A stretch of 60,741 nt of DNA, counting the filler, from a bacterium UBP13_UBA5359 (GTDB taxonomy: Bacteria > UBP13 > UBA5359): the NCBI GenBank assembly GCA_002410925.1. It is 7 parts of 6 records of this genome, joined end to end, with 100 filler letters (N's around TTAATTAATTAA, not from the genome) between each part and the next. Parts side by side here need not be neighbours in the genome. Positions count along the whole stretch, not along the records: positions 47,152 to 53,758 come from DHPR01000034.1; positions 53,859 to 56,771 come from DHPR01000037.1; positions 56,872 to 59,625 come from DHPR01000021.1; positions 59,726 to 60,741 come from DHPR01000011.1; 3 more parts are not named here. One strand, 5' to 3'. Made by a program: the position numbers and the translations under genes. The notes under the pieces are model-generated. The model worked only from the letters and a program-made list of their open reading frames with translations. It had not been told where the DNA came from and did no database searches. Shown here piece after piece: positions 51,484 to 60,741 of the stretch; within the stretch, counting starts at the first letter, position 1, and each line of letters opens with the position of its first letter.

Positions 51484-51897
51484 TTATTGCAACGCAACCC
51501 AATCTTCAATAATCCGGCGGTGATCAAAAGCTATGTCCGGCGGCAGGTTCCTCAGATCCATCCATACGGCCTCGGCAGCATCGTCACCACCTGCCGGCTC
51601 TCCATCTGTTGTCGCAGTAAATACTACGCTCATAGTATGCCCTCGCGGGTCGCGGTGCGGATCAGAGTAAACATGAAACTGCCTCAGCTCTTTCAAAACC
51701 AGCCCTGTCTCCTCCTTCATCTCCCGCACGGCCGCAGCTTCGGCGCTCTCACCCCAATCTATAAATCCTCCCGGCAGAGCCCACCCTTTGGGAGGATACT
51801 TGCGCCGTACCATAATAAGGGCATCGGGGTGAGCTCTGGAGGTGATAATAACATCCACCGTGGGATAGGGGTTTCTCTGTCGTCCCAGCATTCTCAC
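51484..51897 (-). CDS. NUDIX hydrolase
   Basis: GGFIDWGESAEAAAVREMKEETG Nudix box; RDPR; AFDH. Confidence 0.95.
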   Translation of the reverse strand: MRMLGRQRNPYPTVDVIITSRAHPDALIMVRRKYPPKGWALPGGFIDWGESAEAAAVREMKEETGLVLKELRQFHVYSDPHRDPRGHTMSVVFTATTDGEPAGGDDAAEAVWMDLRNLPPDIAFDHRRIIEDWVALQ

Positions 51898-51951
51898 CGG
51901 CCTGCCTCCATTTCATGTTTTAAACTGAATTTCAAAATATATATTCAATCG

Positions 51952-53758
51952 CTATCTTTTAGTTTCCACTGTCGAATGCCGGCGGCGCAGGAAGGGCTTT
52001 ACCGCCTCCCACCAGCCGCCCGCCAGCATTGATAGAATCAGCACAACAAACAGCAGCCATGGTGATAGCGGCGCCAATTTAAAAATGCGGCCGGCAGCCG
52101 GCAGATATATCATGGTTAACAGCATAATCAACGCAGCGGCATTTACCAGTATTCTGGCTAAATTGCTTCTGCCGCGTATATTATGCCAGACCGGATAGAC
52201 GCTGGATTGGCTTATCAAAACCAGAAATATATTGGATAATACCAGCACAGAGAGGCCGAGACTTCTGGCGGTATTTTCACCAAGGCCATGTGCCTGAGCC
52301 CAGGCAAAGATCCCGAAGGAAGCGGTCAGAAGGATTGTTCCCTGGAGCAAAGTTCGCAATAATAGCGCTCTCTCCAGCAGCGGTTCCTCGCGATGGCGAG
52401 GCGGCCGCGCCATAATATCCGGTTCTGCTTCATCCGCTTCAAAGACGATGGAGCAAGTAGGATCTATGATCAGTTCCAGAAGCACGACAAGAGTGGGTGT
52501 CAACAATAAAGGCATGTTGAGTACCGGCGCCAGTATGGCGGCTCCGGCAATAGGAATGTGTATGGTGATAATATAGGCCATGGCTTTTTTGATATTGTCA
52601 TAGATACGGCGCCCATCCTTTATACTGCCTACGATAGTAGCGAAGTTATCATCCAGTAAAACCATTTGGGAGGCCTGCCGGGCTACCTCGGTACCTCTCT
52701 TGCCCATAGCAATACCTATGTCGGCTGCCTTTAAAGCCGGAGCATCGTTGACTCCATCACCCGTCATGGCCACAATCTCTTTATTGGATTGGAGAGCTCT
52801 GATAATCCTCAGCTTATGCCGCGGCACCACCCTGGCAAAGATATTGACAGTGCGCACAGCCTTCGCCAATTCTTTCTGATTAAGAGCATCTATCTCCCTT
52901 CCGCTGATAAACCGGTCTGCCTCCGGTATTCCCACTTCGGAGGCGATGGCTTTAGCGGTAACACCGTAATCACCGGTAATTACCGCCACTCTGACACCTG
53001 CTTTGAGACAGGTTGCTATAGCTTCCTTCACTCCAGGACGAGGCGGATCCGCCAAAGCCATCATCCCTATGAACTCCAGCTTATTATCGGTTAACTTCTT
53101 GGGGAAAGAGGCATTTTCATAACGATGACGGCCGAAAGCTATCAGCCGCAATCCCTCTTCCGCCAATTTTCGCCCCCTGCTTTCTATCTGCAAACGCTCT
53201 TCAGCCGGCAGATCAAGCATGGACAGAATACTCTCCGGAGAGCCCTTGGCATAAAGAACCGTGGCGCCGTCCGGCTCTCTGTACACATGCCCCATAGCTT
53301 TGATATCGGGCTTGAGAGCATACTCATAAACCAACGTCCGCTCTTGATAAAGGACAGAAGGATCAAAGCCGGCTTGAGCGGCTATGCGATGCATATCCCT
53401 TTCCATAGGATCATAAGGAGTATGCTCGCTGGCCAGCACTCCGGCTATGACCAGCTCATTGAATGGAGGATTCAAAAGATCTTTTGAAGAAACTTCCCTT
53501 TCACACCCGCCAGCATAAAGTCGGCGAACTGCCATACGGTTCATAGTGATAGTGCCGGTCTTGTCTACGCAGAGAACACTTACAGACCCCAGAGTCTCTA
53601 CAGCAGGAATACGCCGCATCAGGGCATGGCTTCGCGCCAGCCTCCAGGCGCCTAGAGAGAGAAAAATAGTTAAAACTACAGGAAATTCCTCAGGTATCAT
53701 GGCCATTGCCAGGGCGATGCTCTCCAGAATACCGTGCAGTAACGGCTCTCCCTGAAGA
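51952..53758 (-). CDS. Cation-translocating P-type ATPase (type II-like), 5' part missing
   Basis: IPEE, DKTGT, KGSPE, DPPR, TGD, GDGVNDAPAL. Confidence 0.95.
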
Positions 53759-53858
53759 NNNNNNNNNNNNNNNNNNNNNNNNNNNNNNNNNNNNNNNNNN
53801 NNTTAATTAATTAANNNNNNNNNNNNNNNNNNNNNNNNNNNNNNNNNNNNNNNNNNNN
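53759..53858. other. Artificial contig linker
   Basis: N44-TTAATTAATTAA-N44. Confidence 0.99.
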
Positions 53859-53918
53859 TCTTATAGCTAAACTCAACATATACTTATTATCCATGCCGCT
53901 TTTTCCTCCCTGTATCGT

Positions 53919-54632
53919 TCAATTATAAACAACTCCGCCGTTATTCCACTTAACGCCCGCAGGACGATAATAAGAATAGGTGCCGCTATAAGACCCTTTC
54001 GCACAGGATTTGACATGGCCATCGGCAAAAAGAACGTTGGCTCTGTCATGATGGCGATAACAGATGTTTGTTCCATAGCTAGACGCGTTCACGAATGCAG
54101 CATTCGTTGTTTTGGGAAAAGTTAATCCTTCCATAAGCTTTTCAGCTCCATAAGCAGAGTTTATACTATCAATTGCAAGGAGGGTATTGCTGGGAGTCTC
54201 GATGGAGGCAAGGATTGCCGTATCATTAGTGTTATTCACGCAAACTTCCCTATTATATGCATACCCTCGGCTGCGATAAGCACTAGCAGAGGAATTCGCA
54301 TTTCCGCTGGGGCAGTGAAAGATGCTGTAATCATCTCTTTCATTAGCCTTGCTTATATCACTCTCGTAACCCAGATAAGGCATTAGCTGATAATCCCAAA
54401 GTTTATTATCAGTATTGCTTATCGGTAAGACTCCATCCCAATCCTGGGCATACATCAGACTGGCCGAACCAATTTGTTTGAGATTACTCTGACATTGCGC
54501 TCCTCTGGCTGCTTCACGTGCTCTGGAAAATACAGGGAAGAGTATAGCTGCCAACAGGGCTATGATAGCAATAACGACGAGCAATTCTATTAAAGTGAAG
54601 CCTCTTCTTTGCTTTTTCAGCTTAGCGAGCAT
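53919..54632 (-). CDS. Prepilin-type protein, DUF1559/SBP_bac_10-like with C-terminal H-X9-DG motif
   Basis: [31 protein letters not shown]...[38 protein letters not shown] before ATG 54632. Confidence 0.92.
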   Translation of the reverse strand: MLAKLKKQRRGFTLIELLVVIAIIALLAAILFPVFSRAREAARGAQCQSNLKQIGSASLMYAQDWDGVLPISNTDNKLWDYQLMPYLGYESDISKANERDDYSIFHCPSGNANSSASAYRSRGYAYNREVCVNNTNDTAILASIETPSNTLLAIDSINSAYGAEKLMEGLTFPKTTNAAFVNASSYGTNICYRHHDRANVLFADGHVKSCAKGSYSGTYSYYRPAGVKWNNGGVVYN

Positions 54633-54688
54633 ATCTCCATTCCTCCTTAGCATTTTATTACGATCTTTCTGTTGACCGCTATGCTCAG

Positions 54689-55819
54689 TTAGGTACAGGT
54701 GACTTCTTTTCTCTTCACAGTATCTCTCAAGATAAAATGCATGGGTATCTCTCTTCCGGGCAGATGAGATACGCCTTCCTTCATCATCTGACAAAGCATG
54801 CGCACAGCCGTTTGGCCCAACTCCCACATAGGTGCTTTTAAAACTGAAAGGGCAGGAGTAAATTTCTCAGACATATCCGTGCCGGTGCTACCTACCACTG
54901 ACACATCCTCAGGCACCCTAAGGCCTAGCTCCCGACAGAATTCAATCGCCCCCATAGCCAGATAATCACCGTGGGAAAAGATAGCTTCGGGCATCCTGCC
55001 CTTTTCCTGCCAGTATGCTCTTACCGCCTCCCGGCCTGCTTCAATGTGACTGCCGTTAGCATCCCTGATATCCAGGCGAGATAAACTTACCCCTCTGCGC
55101 ACCAATGCCTCTTGGAAACCTCTTATCTTCAGAATCTGCGAGTACCTGTAAGTATTCAACATAAGCACCAGAAAACTATTTATACCGGCATCCATTAGGT
55201 AATTGGCCACCTCAGCGCTACCCTGGTAATAGCTTGCCGTAACATAATTATGATTGATCTCTTCTGACCAGCGGTTGATGGCGACATAAGGCTTGCTCGT
55301 CCTCTCCACCAGCATCAGCAATTTGGAGGAGTAGGGCAGGGGAAAGAGAATAAAGCCATCGAAGTTGCCGGCATCGCTTACGATTTCCCAGAGATTCTTT
55401 TCATCATCTCTTACAGGCATCATCGTAAAAGAGTACCCCGCCAGCATATTCTCTTGCATGCTGGCATAAATGGCACTTGTCCAGGGAGCTTTATCCATAT
55501 CGATAGATTTCTCTCCTTCAAGACAATGAAAAAAAACACCTATATGCTTCTTCAATCCAGTAGGGAAGCGGCCTTTCTTTCGCCCGTCGCTAATTCTTGT
55601 CCTGGCGCCTCTTGAAGTAATCAGATACCCTTCTCCGACCAAATCCGATACAGCTTTGTTACAGGTCATCAAGCTTACACCATACATAGCGGACAGATCT
55701 TTTAACGTCGGTAGGTAATCGTTCATTCCTAAAATGCCTTCGTCTATATCGGCTATGATCTTTTGCTTAATTTGAACATATAAAGGCAGCCCGCTTCCTC
55801 GCTTAACCGCATTAGGCAT
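54689..55819 (-). CDS. GntR-wHTH / LacI-type regulator
   Basis: [45 protein letters not shown]. Confidence 0.92.
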   Translation of the reverse strand: MPNAVKRGSGLPLYVQIKQKIIADIDEGILGMNDYLPTLKDLSAMYGVSLMTCNKAVSDLVGEGYLITSRGARTRISDGRKKGRFPTGLKKHIGVFFHCLEGEKSIDMDKAPWTSAIYASMQENMLAGYSFTMMPVRDDEKNLWEIVSDAGNFDGFILFPLPYSSKLLMLVERTSKPYVAINRWSEEINHNYVTASYYQGSAEVANYLMDAGINSFLVLMLNTYRYSQILKIRGFQEALVRRGVSLSRLDIRDANGSHIEAGREAVRAYWQEKGRMPEAIFSHGDYLAMGAIEFCRELGLRVPEDVSVVGSTGTDMSEKFTPALSVLKAPMWELGQTAVRMLCQMMKEGVSHLPGREIPMHFILRDTVKRKEVTCT

Positions 55820-55844
55820 ATTACCTGTACCTCTTCAATAGCGC

Positions 55845-55902
55845 TTTGCAAAGTATTATACAATAGTTATTATATAATACTTTGCAAATGTAAGGTTGTC
55901 AA
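55845..55902 (-). promoter_or_regulatory. Promoter with 16-bp perfect inverted repeat operator
   Basis: TTGACA-17 nt-TATTAT; TTTGCAAAGTATTATA-12 nt-TATAATACTTTGCAAA. Confidence 0.7.
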
Positions 55903-56065
55903 GCGCCAAATTATCAAAAAACTTGCTCTATAATACTATAATATCTAAGCTAACCATATATGGCTAGCTACCGTAGAGAATCGTACCGGAAGTGCGATCG
56001 CTGGGGCTTGTAGCGGAAAGAAGAACAAGATCATAACATCAGCTCCTCCAATGATAGGTATAATA

Positions 56066-56771
56066 TCATTGCATTCGGCTGAGCGATAATTTACGATACT
56101 CGGACGGGGTAAGGCCGGTAACCTTTTTGAAGTTGCGGTTAAACAAGGCAAAATTGGGCTGGCCTATATCATCGGCAATAGCGCCGATCTTGCGTTCCGG
56201 GTCATCCTCGAGCAATCTTTTGGCCTCGGCTATGCGACGCTGTGTCAGATACTGCTTGAAGTTCAGACCGCTGCATCTTTTAAAGAGACGGGACAGATGG
56301 CTGGGGGAGACAGCAAAGTAATCCGCTGCCCGGCTCAGCGTTAATTCCTGTCTGAAGTTAGCATCTATGTAACGCATAACATCGTTTATCAGGGGGTTTT
56401 CTTGCCTTAGCGGCTCCCGGCGTAAGGCAGCTCGTCTGATTAACAAGATAAGCCTCAATAGTTCGCTATAGACTATCTCTATCCAGTAAGGCTGCCCGCC
56501 CTCCTTCTCTTCTATGATGTTTCTGATAATGACTTCCGCCGCGGTAGATTCTCGATCCGTCAGTTCCAGCAGCCGGGGAGAATCCTCCGGCAAATCGGCC
56601 AAACGGCTGTGATCGCCCAGAAAATCGATGGCAAAGCAGAAGGAGTACTTTTCTATATATGCAGAGACGGCAAGCTCCAAACGATGAATTTCGTCCGGCC
56701 TTATCACCAGCAGGGAACTGTTATGAAAAGGGTAGCTGCGATCGTGGATAAAATAGGCTCCCTGCCCTTTC
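56066..56771 (-). CDS. AraC family regulator, 5' part missing
   Basis: SPSHLSRLFK..SG, FNRNFKKVTGLTPSEYR. Confidence 0.92.
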
Positions 56772-56871
56772 NNNNNNNNNNNNNNNNNNNNNNNNNNNNN
56801 NNNNNNNNNNNNNNNTTAATTAATTAANNNNNNNNNNNNNNNNNNNNNNNNNNNNNNNNNNNNNNNNNNNN
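56772..56871. other. Artificial contig linker
   Basis: N44-TTAATTAATTAA-N44. Confidence 0.99.
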
Positions 56872-56983
56872 GGTTTTCTGGCCGTTGTTGATAAAAGCTC
56901 ATGGAGGAAGCATCAAAGCCTGGAGCTCCGGCACTGGCCGGGGAAGCACTTTCACTATGATATTACCCCTGGCAAAACCGTAA
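56872..56983 (+). CDS. C-terminus of a sensor histidine kinase (HATPase_c)
   Basis: Hand translation LLIKAHGGSIKAWSSGTGRGSTFTMILPLAKP*. Confidence 0.75.
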
Positions 56984-57050
56984 ATTACTCTTGCTTTTAT
57001 CATTTTTTTTGGATAGTATTTAAACTAGTCTTAAAATACCGGGGGTTATA

Positions 57051-58418
57051 ATGAAAGTTTCTAAGTTTGGCGGTACTTCTTTGGCCGATGCCGCCCAGAT
57101 ACAGAAGGTCTGTGATATCATAGCGGCTGATCCTGAGAGACGCCTGATAGTGGTTTCCGCTCCTGGAAAACGGCATAAGGATGATATAAAAGTAACCGAT
57201 ATGATGATTGCCTGCGCACAAAAATTGTTATCGACGGGCACGGCGCAGGCCGAGTTGGATGCTGTGATAGATAGATATGCTGATATTCAAACGTCCCTGG
57301 GATTGCCCAACAGCATTATTGAGCACATCAAAATGGATCTTATCAGCCGTCTATCCATGAAGCCTGACCACCCTGCTCATGAAGCCGGTTTTGTCGATCT
57401 TCTCAAAGCCGCCGGTGAGGATAATTGCGCCAGATTAGTAACTGCAGCACTGAAAAAAAGAGGCCTGGATGCGCATTATGTCAATCCCCAAGATGCCGGT
57501 ATGCTGCTTAGCGATGAGTATGGTAATGCTCAAGTATTGCCGCAATCATATGAAAGATTACAAAGTTTGCGCAATGCTCCGGGAATAACCATCTTTCCCG
57601 GTTTCTTCGGCTATACTCTTTCAGGAGTCCTGACCACCTTCCCACGTGGAGGATCGGATATTACCGGATCGATCCTAGCTGCCGCTATAGGAGCGGATAT
57701 CTATGAAAATTTCACCGATGTAGATTCCGTCTTTGCTGTAGATCCCCGAATAGTTCCTTCAGCAAAAGCGATTCCGGAGCTTACATACCGAGAGATGCGT
57801 GAGCTTTCCTACGCCGGCTTCGGCGTCTTTCACGATGAAGCCCTTATACCTGCTGTCAGAGCTGATATACCCATATGTATAAAAAATACCAATCAGCCTA
57901 CAGCTCCAGGTACTATGATATTACCTAAAAGAAATTATACTCCGGGGACGGTTGCCGGTATTGCCAGTGACGAAGGCTTCTGTACGCTCTTTGTCAGCAA
58001 GTATATGATGCACCGTGAAATTGGTTTTGGGCGCCGCCTTCTACAGATATTGGAGAATGAAGGTATCTCTTATGAGCATGTGCCTTCAGGCATTGATGAT
58101 ACCTCTGTCATCATCAGGGAAAGTAACTTCAACAACTGTATTGAGCAGCGCGTCGTAAAGGCCGTCGCCGCTGAATTGGAAACAGATTATGTCAGTGTTG
58201 AAAGAGGCCTGGCACTGGTAATGATCGTTGGCGAAGGTCTGCGTTATGCCATCGGCACTGCAGCGCGTGCTACCAAAGCTCTGGCCAAAGCTGGTGTAAA
58301 TATTGAAATGATGAATCAGGGCTCCTCAGAGATAAGCATGATGTTCGGTGTCAAGGCCAAAGACAGAAAGAAAGCTGTAAAGGCTTTTTATGATGAGTTC
58401 TTTAGGGAATGTGTGTAA
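57051..58418 (+). CDS. Aspartate kinase (AKIII/YclM-like)
   Basis: KFGGTSLA, VVSAPGKR, RGGSDITG, FTDVD, ACT domains. Confidence 0.96.
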   Translation: MKVSKFGGTSLADAAQIQKVCDIIAADPERRLIVVSAPGKRHKDDIKVTDMMIACAQKLLSTGTAQAELDAVIDRYADIQTSLGLPNSIIEHIKMDLISRLSMKPDHPAHEAGFVDLLKAAGEDNCARLVTAALKKRGLDAHYVNPQDAGMLLSDEYGNAQVLPQSYERLQSLRNAPGITIFPGFFGYTLSGVLTTFPRGGSDITGSILAAAIGADIYENFTDVDSVFAVDPRIVPSAKAIPELTYREMRELSYAGFGVFHDEALIPAVRADIPICIKNTNQPTAPGTMILPKRNYTPGTVAGIASDEGFCTLFVSKYMMHREIGFGRRLLQILENEGISYEHVPSGIDDTSVIIRESNFNNCIEQRVVKAVAAELETDYVSVERGLALVMIVGEGLRYAIGTAARATKALAKAGVNIEMMNQGSSEISMMFGVKAKDRKKAVKAFYDEFFRECV

Positions 58419-58473
58419 AGTTTCGATACATACACCCTTCCTCAAGTGAGATATAGCTTTTTAATCCATATAA

Positions 58474-58911
58474 ATGTATAATTTGCTTATGAAGATGGCT
58501 TGTAAGCAACGGAAAAAAGGTCATAAAGGTCAGGCTATGACTGAACTGGCTCTTGTGCTTCCAGTTCTGTTATTGCTTGTTATGAGTATAATACAATTCG
58601 GGCTTATCCTTAAGTCTTATATAACCGTTGTTAACGGGGCCAGGCTAGGGGCCAGAATAGCTGCCGTAGGCAAAACCAACGCACAGATAACATCCAAAGT
58701 CAAAGAAGCATTACCTACACTCGACAAAAACATGCTAACAATAGATATCAGCCCTTCAGACGAAGCTGCCAGAACCTCCGGCACCGATGTAACTATAAGT
58801 GTCTCTTACCAGGAGAATATCATAGTGCCGCTGTTCAATCTCCTTATCCCTGACCCTGTACCCGTAAAAGCCCAATCAATAATGCGTATGGAAAAACCGG
58901 TAAGCGGATAG
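58474..58911 (+). CDS. tadE: TadE-like pseudopilin
   Basis: GQAMTELALVLPVLLLL...FG...ARLGARIA. Confidence 0.88.
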   Translation: MYNLLMKMACKQRKKGHKGQAMTELALVLPVLLLLVMSIIQFGLILKSYITVVNGARLGARIAAVGKTNAQITSKVKEALPTLDKNMLTIDISPSDEAARTSGTDVTISVSYQENIIVPLFNLLIPDPVPVKAQSIMRMEKPVSG

Positions 58912-58927
58912 GCTGGAGAAGAGAATT

Positions 58928-59625
58928 TTGGTTATCGTAAATTATGCAAAACCAGAGTGCCGTTCCGGGCAAGCCATGGTAATCATAGCTATTATGATGA
59001 TCATATTACTGGTCGTTGCCGGAATGGGTGTAGATCTGGGGTATATATATGTATCCCGCAATCGCCTTCAGAATATGGTGGATGCCGCCGTTCTGGCCGG
59101 CGCTCAGGAGCTTCCTTCAAGCTATGATGCCAAACAGGCGGCTGCAGTATGTTATGCGTGCAACCTCTCTCCTGATAATTCGCCTACGCCGCAATTAGGC
59201 ATTCCCCCAGCCGGAATAGATCCCAATGGTACATATTACAATATAGGCAGCGATGAATTCCTGGCTATCACTCCCTATACAATCACCGGCAATCAGCGTC
59301 CTGCCTCTCAGATAATGAAAGTCAAGGCGCAAAGAAAACTTCGCCTCTTTTTTATGCCTCTTATCGGGATAAGCACCTTTACTGTTTGCGCTGAGGCCTC
59401 CGGCAGCAACGGCAGCGGCTACGGTTCGGCACGCGGCATGGTCATTCTAGACCCTGATGGAGGCGCTTCTCTCCAGCTTACCGGCAATGCTGATTTCAAT
59501 GTTCCTAACGGCTGTCTGATAATTAATTCCACCGCCGGCAATGCCATGTCCCTCAACGGTAACGTCACTCTGTCAACACAGGGTACGTACGTGGTGGGGA
59601 ATTATCAGGCCTGGGGCAACATACA
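58928..59625 (+). CDS. TadG-like pilus assembly protein, truncated by contig end
   Basis: GQAMVII...GMGVDLG...RNRLQNMVDAAVLAGA. Confidence 0.85.
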
Positions 59626-59725
59626 NNNNNNNNNNNNNNNNNNNNNNNNNNNNNNNNNNNNNNNNNNNNTTAATTAATTAANNNNNNNNNNNNNNNNNNN
59701 NNNNNNNNNNNNNNNNNNNNNNNNN
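59626..59725. other. Artificial contig linker
   Basis: N44-TTAATTAATTAA-N44. Confidence 0.99.
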
Positions 59726-59908
59726 TTCTGGATTCCAGATAGTCAATTACCATCTAACCTTGCTCCTTTTTATTCATACAAAGGTTATTTTAGCCCAAGC
59801 GACGAAGAGCGTCAAATGTTAACGCTGCATATCCTCCATCGAAATAAACCGCCGCACGATCTGCGAAGGTTCAAGGAGCATTGAGCAGTTCCAGGCTGAA
59901 TATCTAAA

Positions 59909-60741
59909 TCAATAAGAAGGAAGAGTCACCCATCTATCCGGTAATTCGAGTGCCTTGACCCCGGCTTCCAGAATAGCTGCTATTTCCAGCGTTTCCTCCA
60001 TAGATGCAGAGGGAATACCCGTATCAAAGAACTCCAGCATAGCGTTAACAAAGCCTGGATAATGATCGGTTATTTCATTGATTATAAGGGCTTCATTTTC
60101 ACCATAACTTATGCTTGCCTGAAGGGGTTGTCCAGCCATTAATGTAAAAGAGCTTCGTCTGCCATCGACATAATCTATAATTATATGCTGGATATCCGGG
60201 CTTCCGCAATGCATAACCCTGGAAGCGCCCGTGCCCATAGCCGCTACGATCATTTCAACCTGATGAATAGCGTAGATGCTCAAACTGCCGTTACCTCGCG
60301 TTGATACATGATGGACCCTCTTTCCGGCAAAGGTACTTTTCAAGCCGGTATCGAACGCCGAACCGTAACGTAAAGCAGATGATGACATAACCGCCGTGCC
60401 ATGTTTTTCAGCCTTTTCGAATAAGGCAACAGCTCCCGTCAAAGTTGGAGAGATCGGCTTATCGATATAGACTATCTTACCGCTTCTTAAAGGTAAATCA
60501 GCCAGCTCCTCATGCTGCTCCGGATTATCGGGAGATAAAACCACCAGGCAATCACACGCATCTACAACTTCTTTTATGCTTTCAGCCTGACGAACATTCT
60601 TCTCCTCGCACCACTCGGCCAGACTCTTTTTACCGTCCGGTCTGATTTTAGCCCAAGCCATAGCAACATCAAATCGGTCTTTATAAGCCCCTTCTCTTAT
60701 AAGTGTTGGATAGAGGCTGGCATGCCATTCATCTATGAAAT
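59909..60741 (-). CDS. Gfo/Idh/MocA-like oxidoreductase, 5' end beyond window
   Basis: Frame open to window edge (FIDEWHASLYP...); YIDKP, MSSSALRY, YAIHQVE; related to 34384-35337. Confidence 0.8.
   Translation of the reverse strand, partial: FIDEWHASLYPTLIREGAYKDRFDVAMAWAKIRPDGKKSLAEWCEEKNVRQAESIKEVVDACDCLVVLSPDNPEQHEELADLPLRSGKIVYIDKPISPTLTGAVALFEKAEKHGTAVMSSSALRYGSAFDTGLKSTFAGKRVHHVSTRGNGSLSIYAIHQVEMIVAAMGTGASRVMHCGSPDIQHIIIDYVDGRRSSFTLMAGQPLQASISYGENEALIINEITDHYPGFVNAMLEFFDTGIPSASMEETLEIAAILEAGVKALELPDRWVTLPSY

Noticed and set aside
54633-54827. Long N-terminal extensions in the ORF track (prepilin here; also rpsL, rpoB, rplA, 40447, 44394)
   Set aside because: They overlap upstream genes or promoters; downstream starts have SD sequences and family-typical N-termini
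15377-59725. Six recurring TTAATTAATTAA motifs flanked by N runs, and ORFs reading into them
   Set aside because: Artificial linkers with stops in all frames; not a repeat family, and gene adjacency across them is meaningless
1-60741. CRISPR array, prophage or rRNA
   Set aside because: No regularly spaced repeats, phage hallmark genes or rRNA sequence seen by eye

Overview
The window is a concatenation of seven contigs joined by N44-TTAATTAATTAA-N44 linkers (15377-15476, 45771-45870, 47052-47151, 53759-53858, 56772-56871, 59626-59725), so adjacency across linkers is not biological. It comes from an anaerobic bacterium, probably an uncultured Terrabacteria lineage. Contig 1 is the core rpmG-tRNA-Trp-secE-nusG-rplKAJL-rpoBC-rpsLG-fusA-(tuf) region, with L1 and L10 leaders and an RpoB carrying unusual insertions. 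Contig 2 (~30 kb) is an accessory catabolic region. It holds GH130, two GntR/LacI-led operons each starting with a paralog of an uncharacterised Cys4/GH42-like barrel protein, a CE4 deacetylase, two M24-fold paralogs lacking the usual metal ligands, oxidoreductases, an aldolase and an aminotransferase. It also holds a trimeric bifurcating-type [FeFe]-hydrogenase and many decay scars: a rex pseudogene, a vestigial HydA C-terminal domain, a vapB/NTase deletion chimera, a sialidase pseudogene, an IS1634 remnant, group II intron-like fragments and a 219-bp synonymous-diverged repeat. The smaller contigs carry htrA, a Zn-finger/Clp-N ATPase, AraC/IclR regulators, NUDIX, a P-type ATPase, a DUF1559-type prepilin, aspartokinase and tadE/tadG. 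The most striking candidate novelty is a 771-aa protein built from tandem QueG/reductive-dehalogenase-like (cobalamin + 4Fe-4S) modules under IclR control. All calls are from reading the sequence; no database searches were run.
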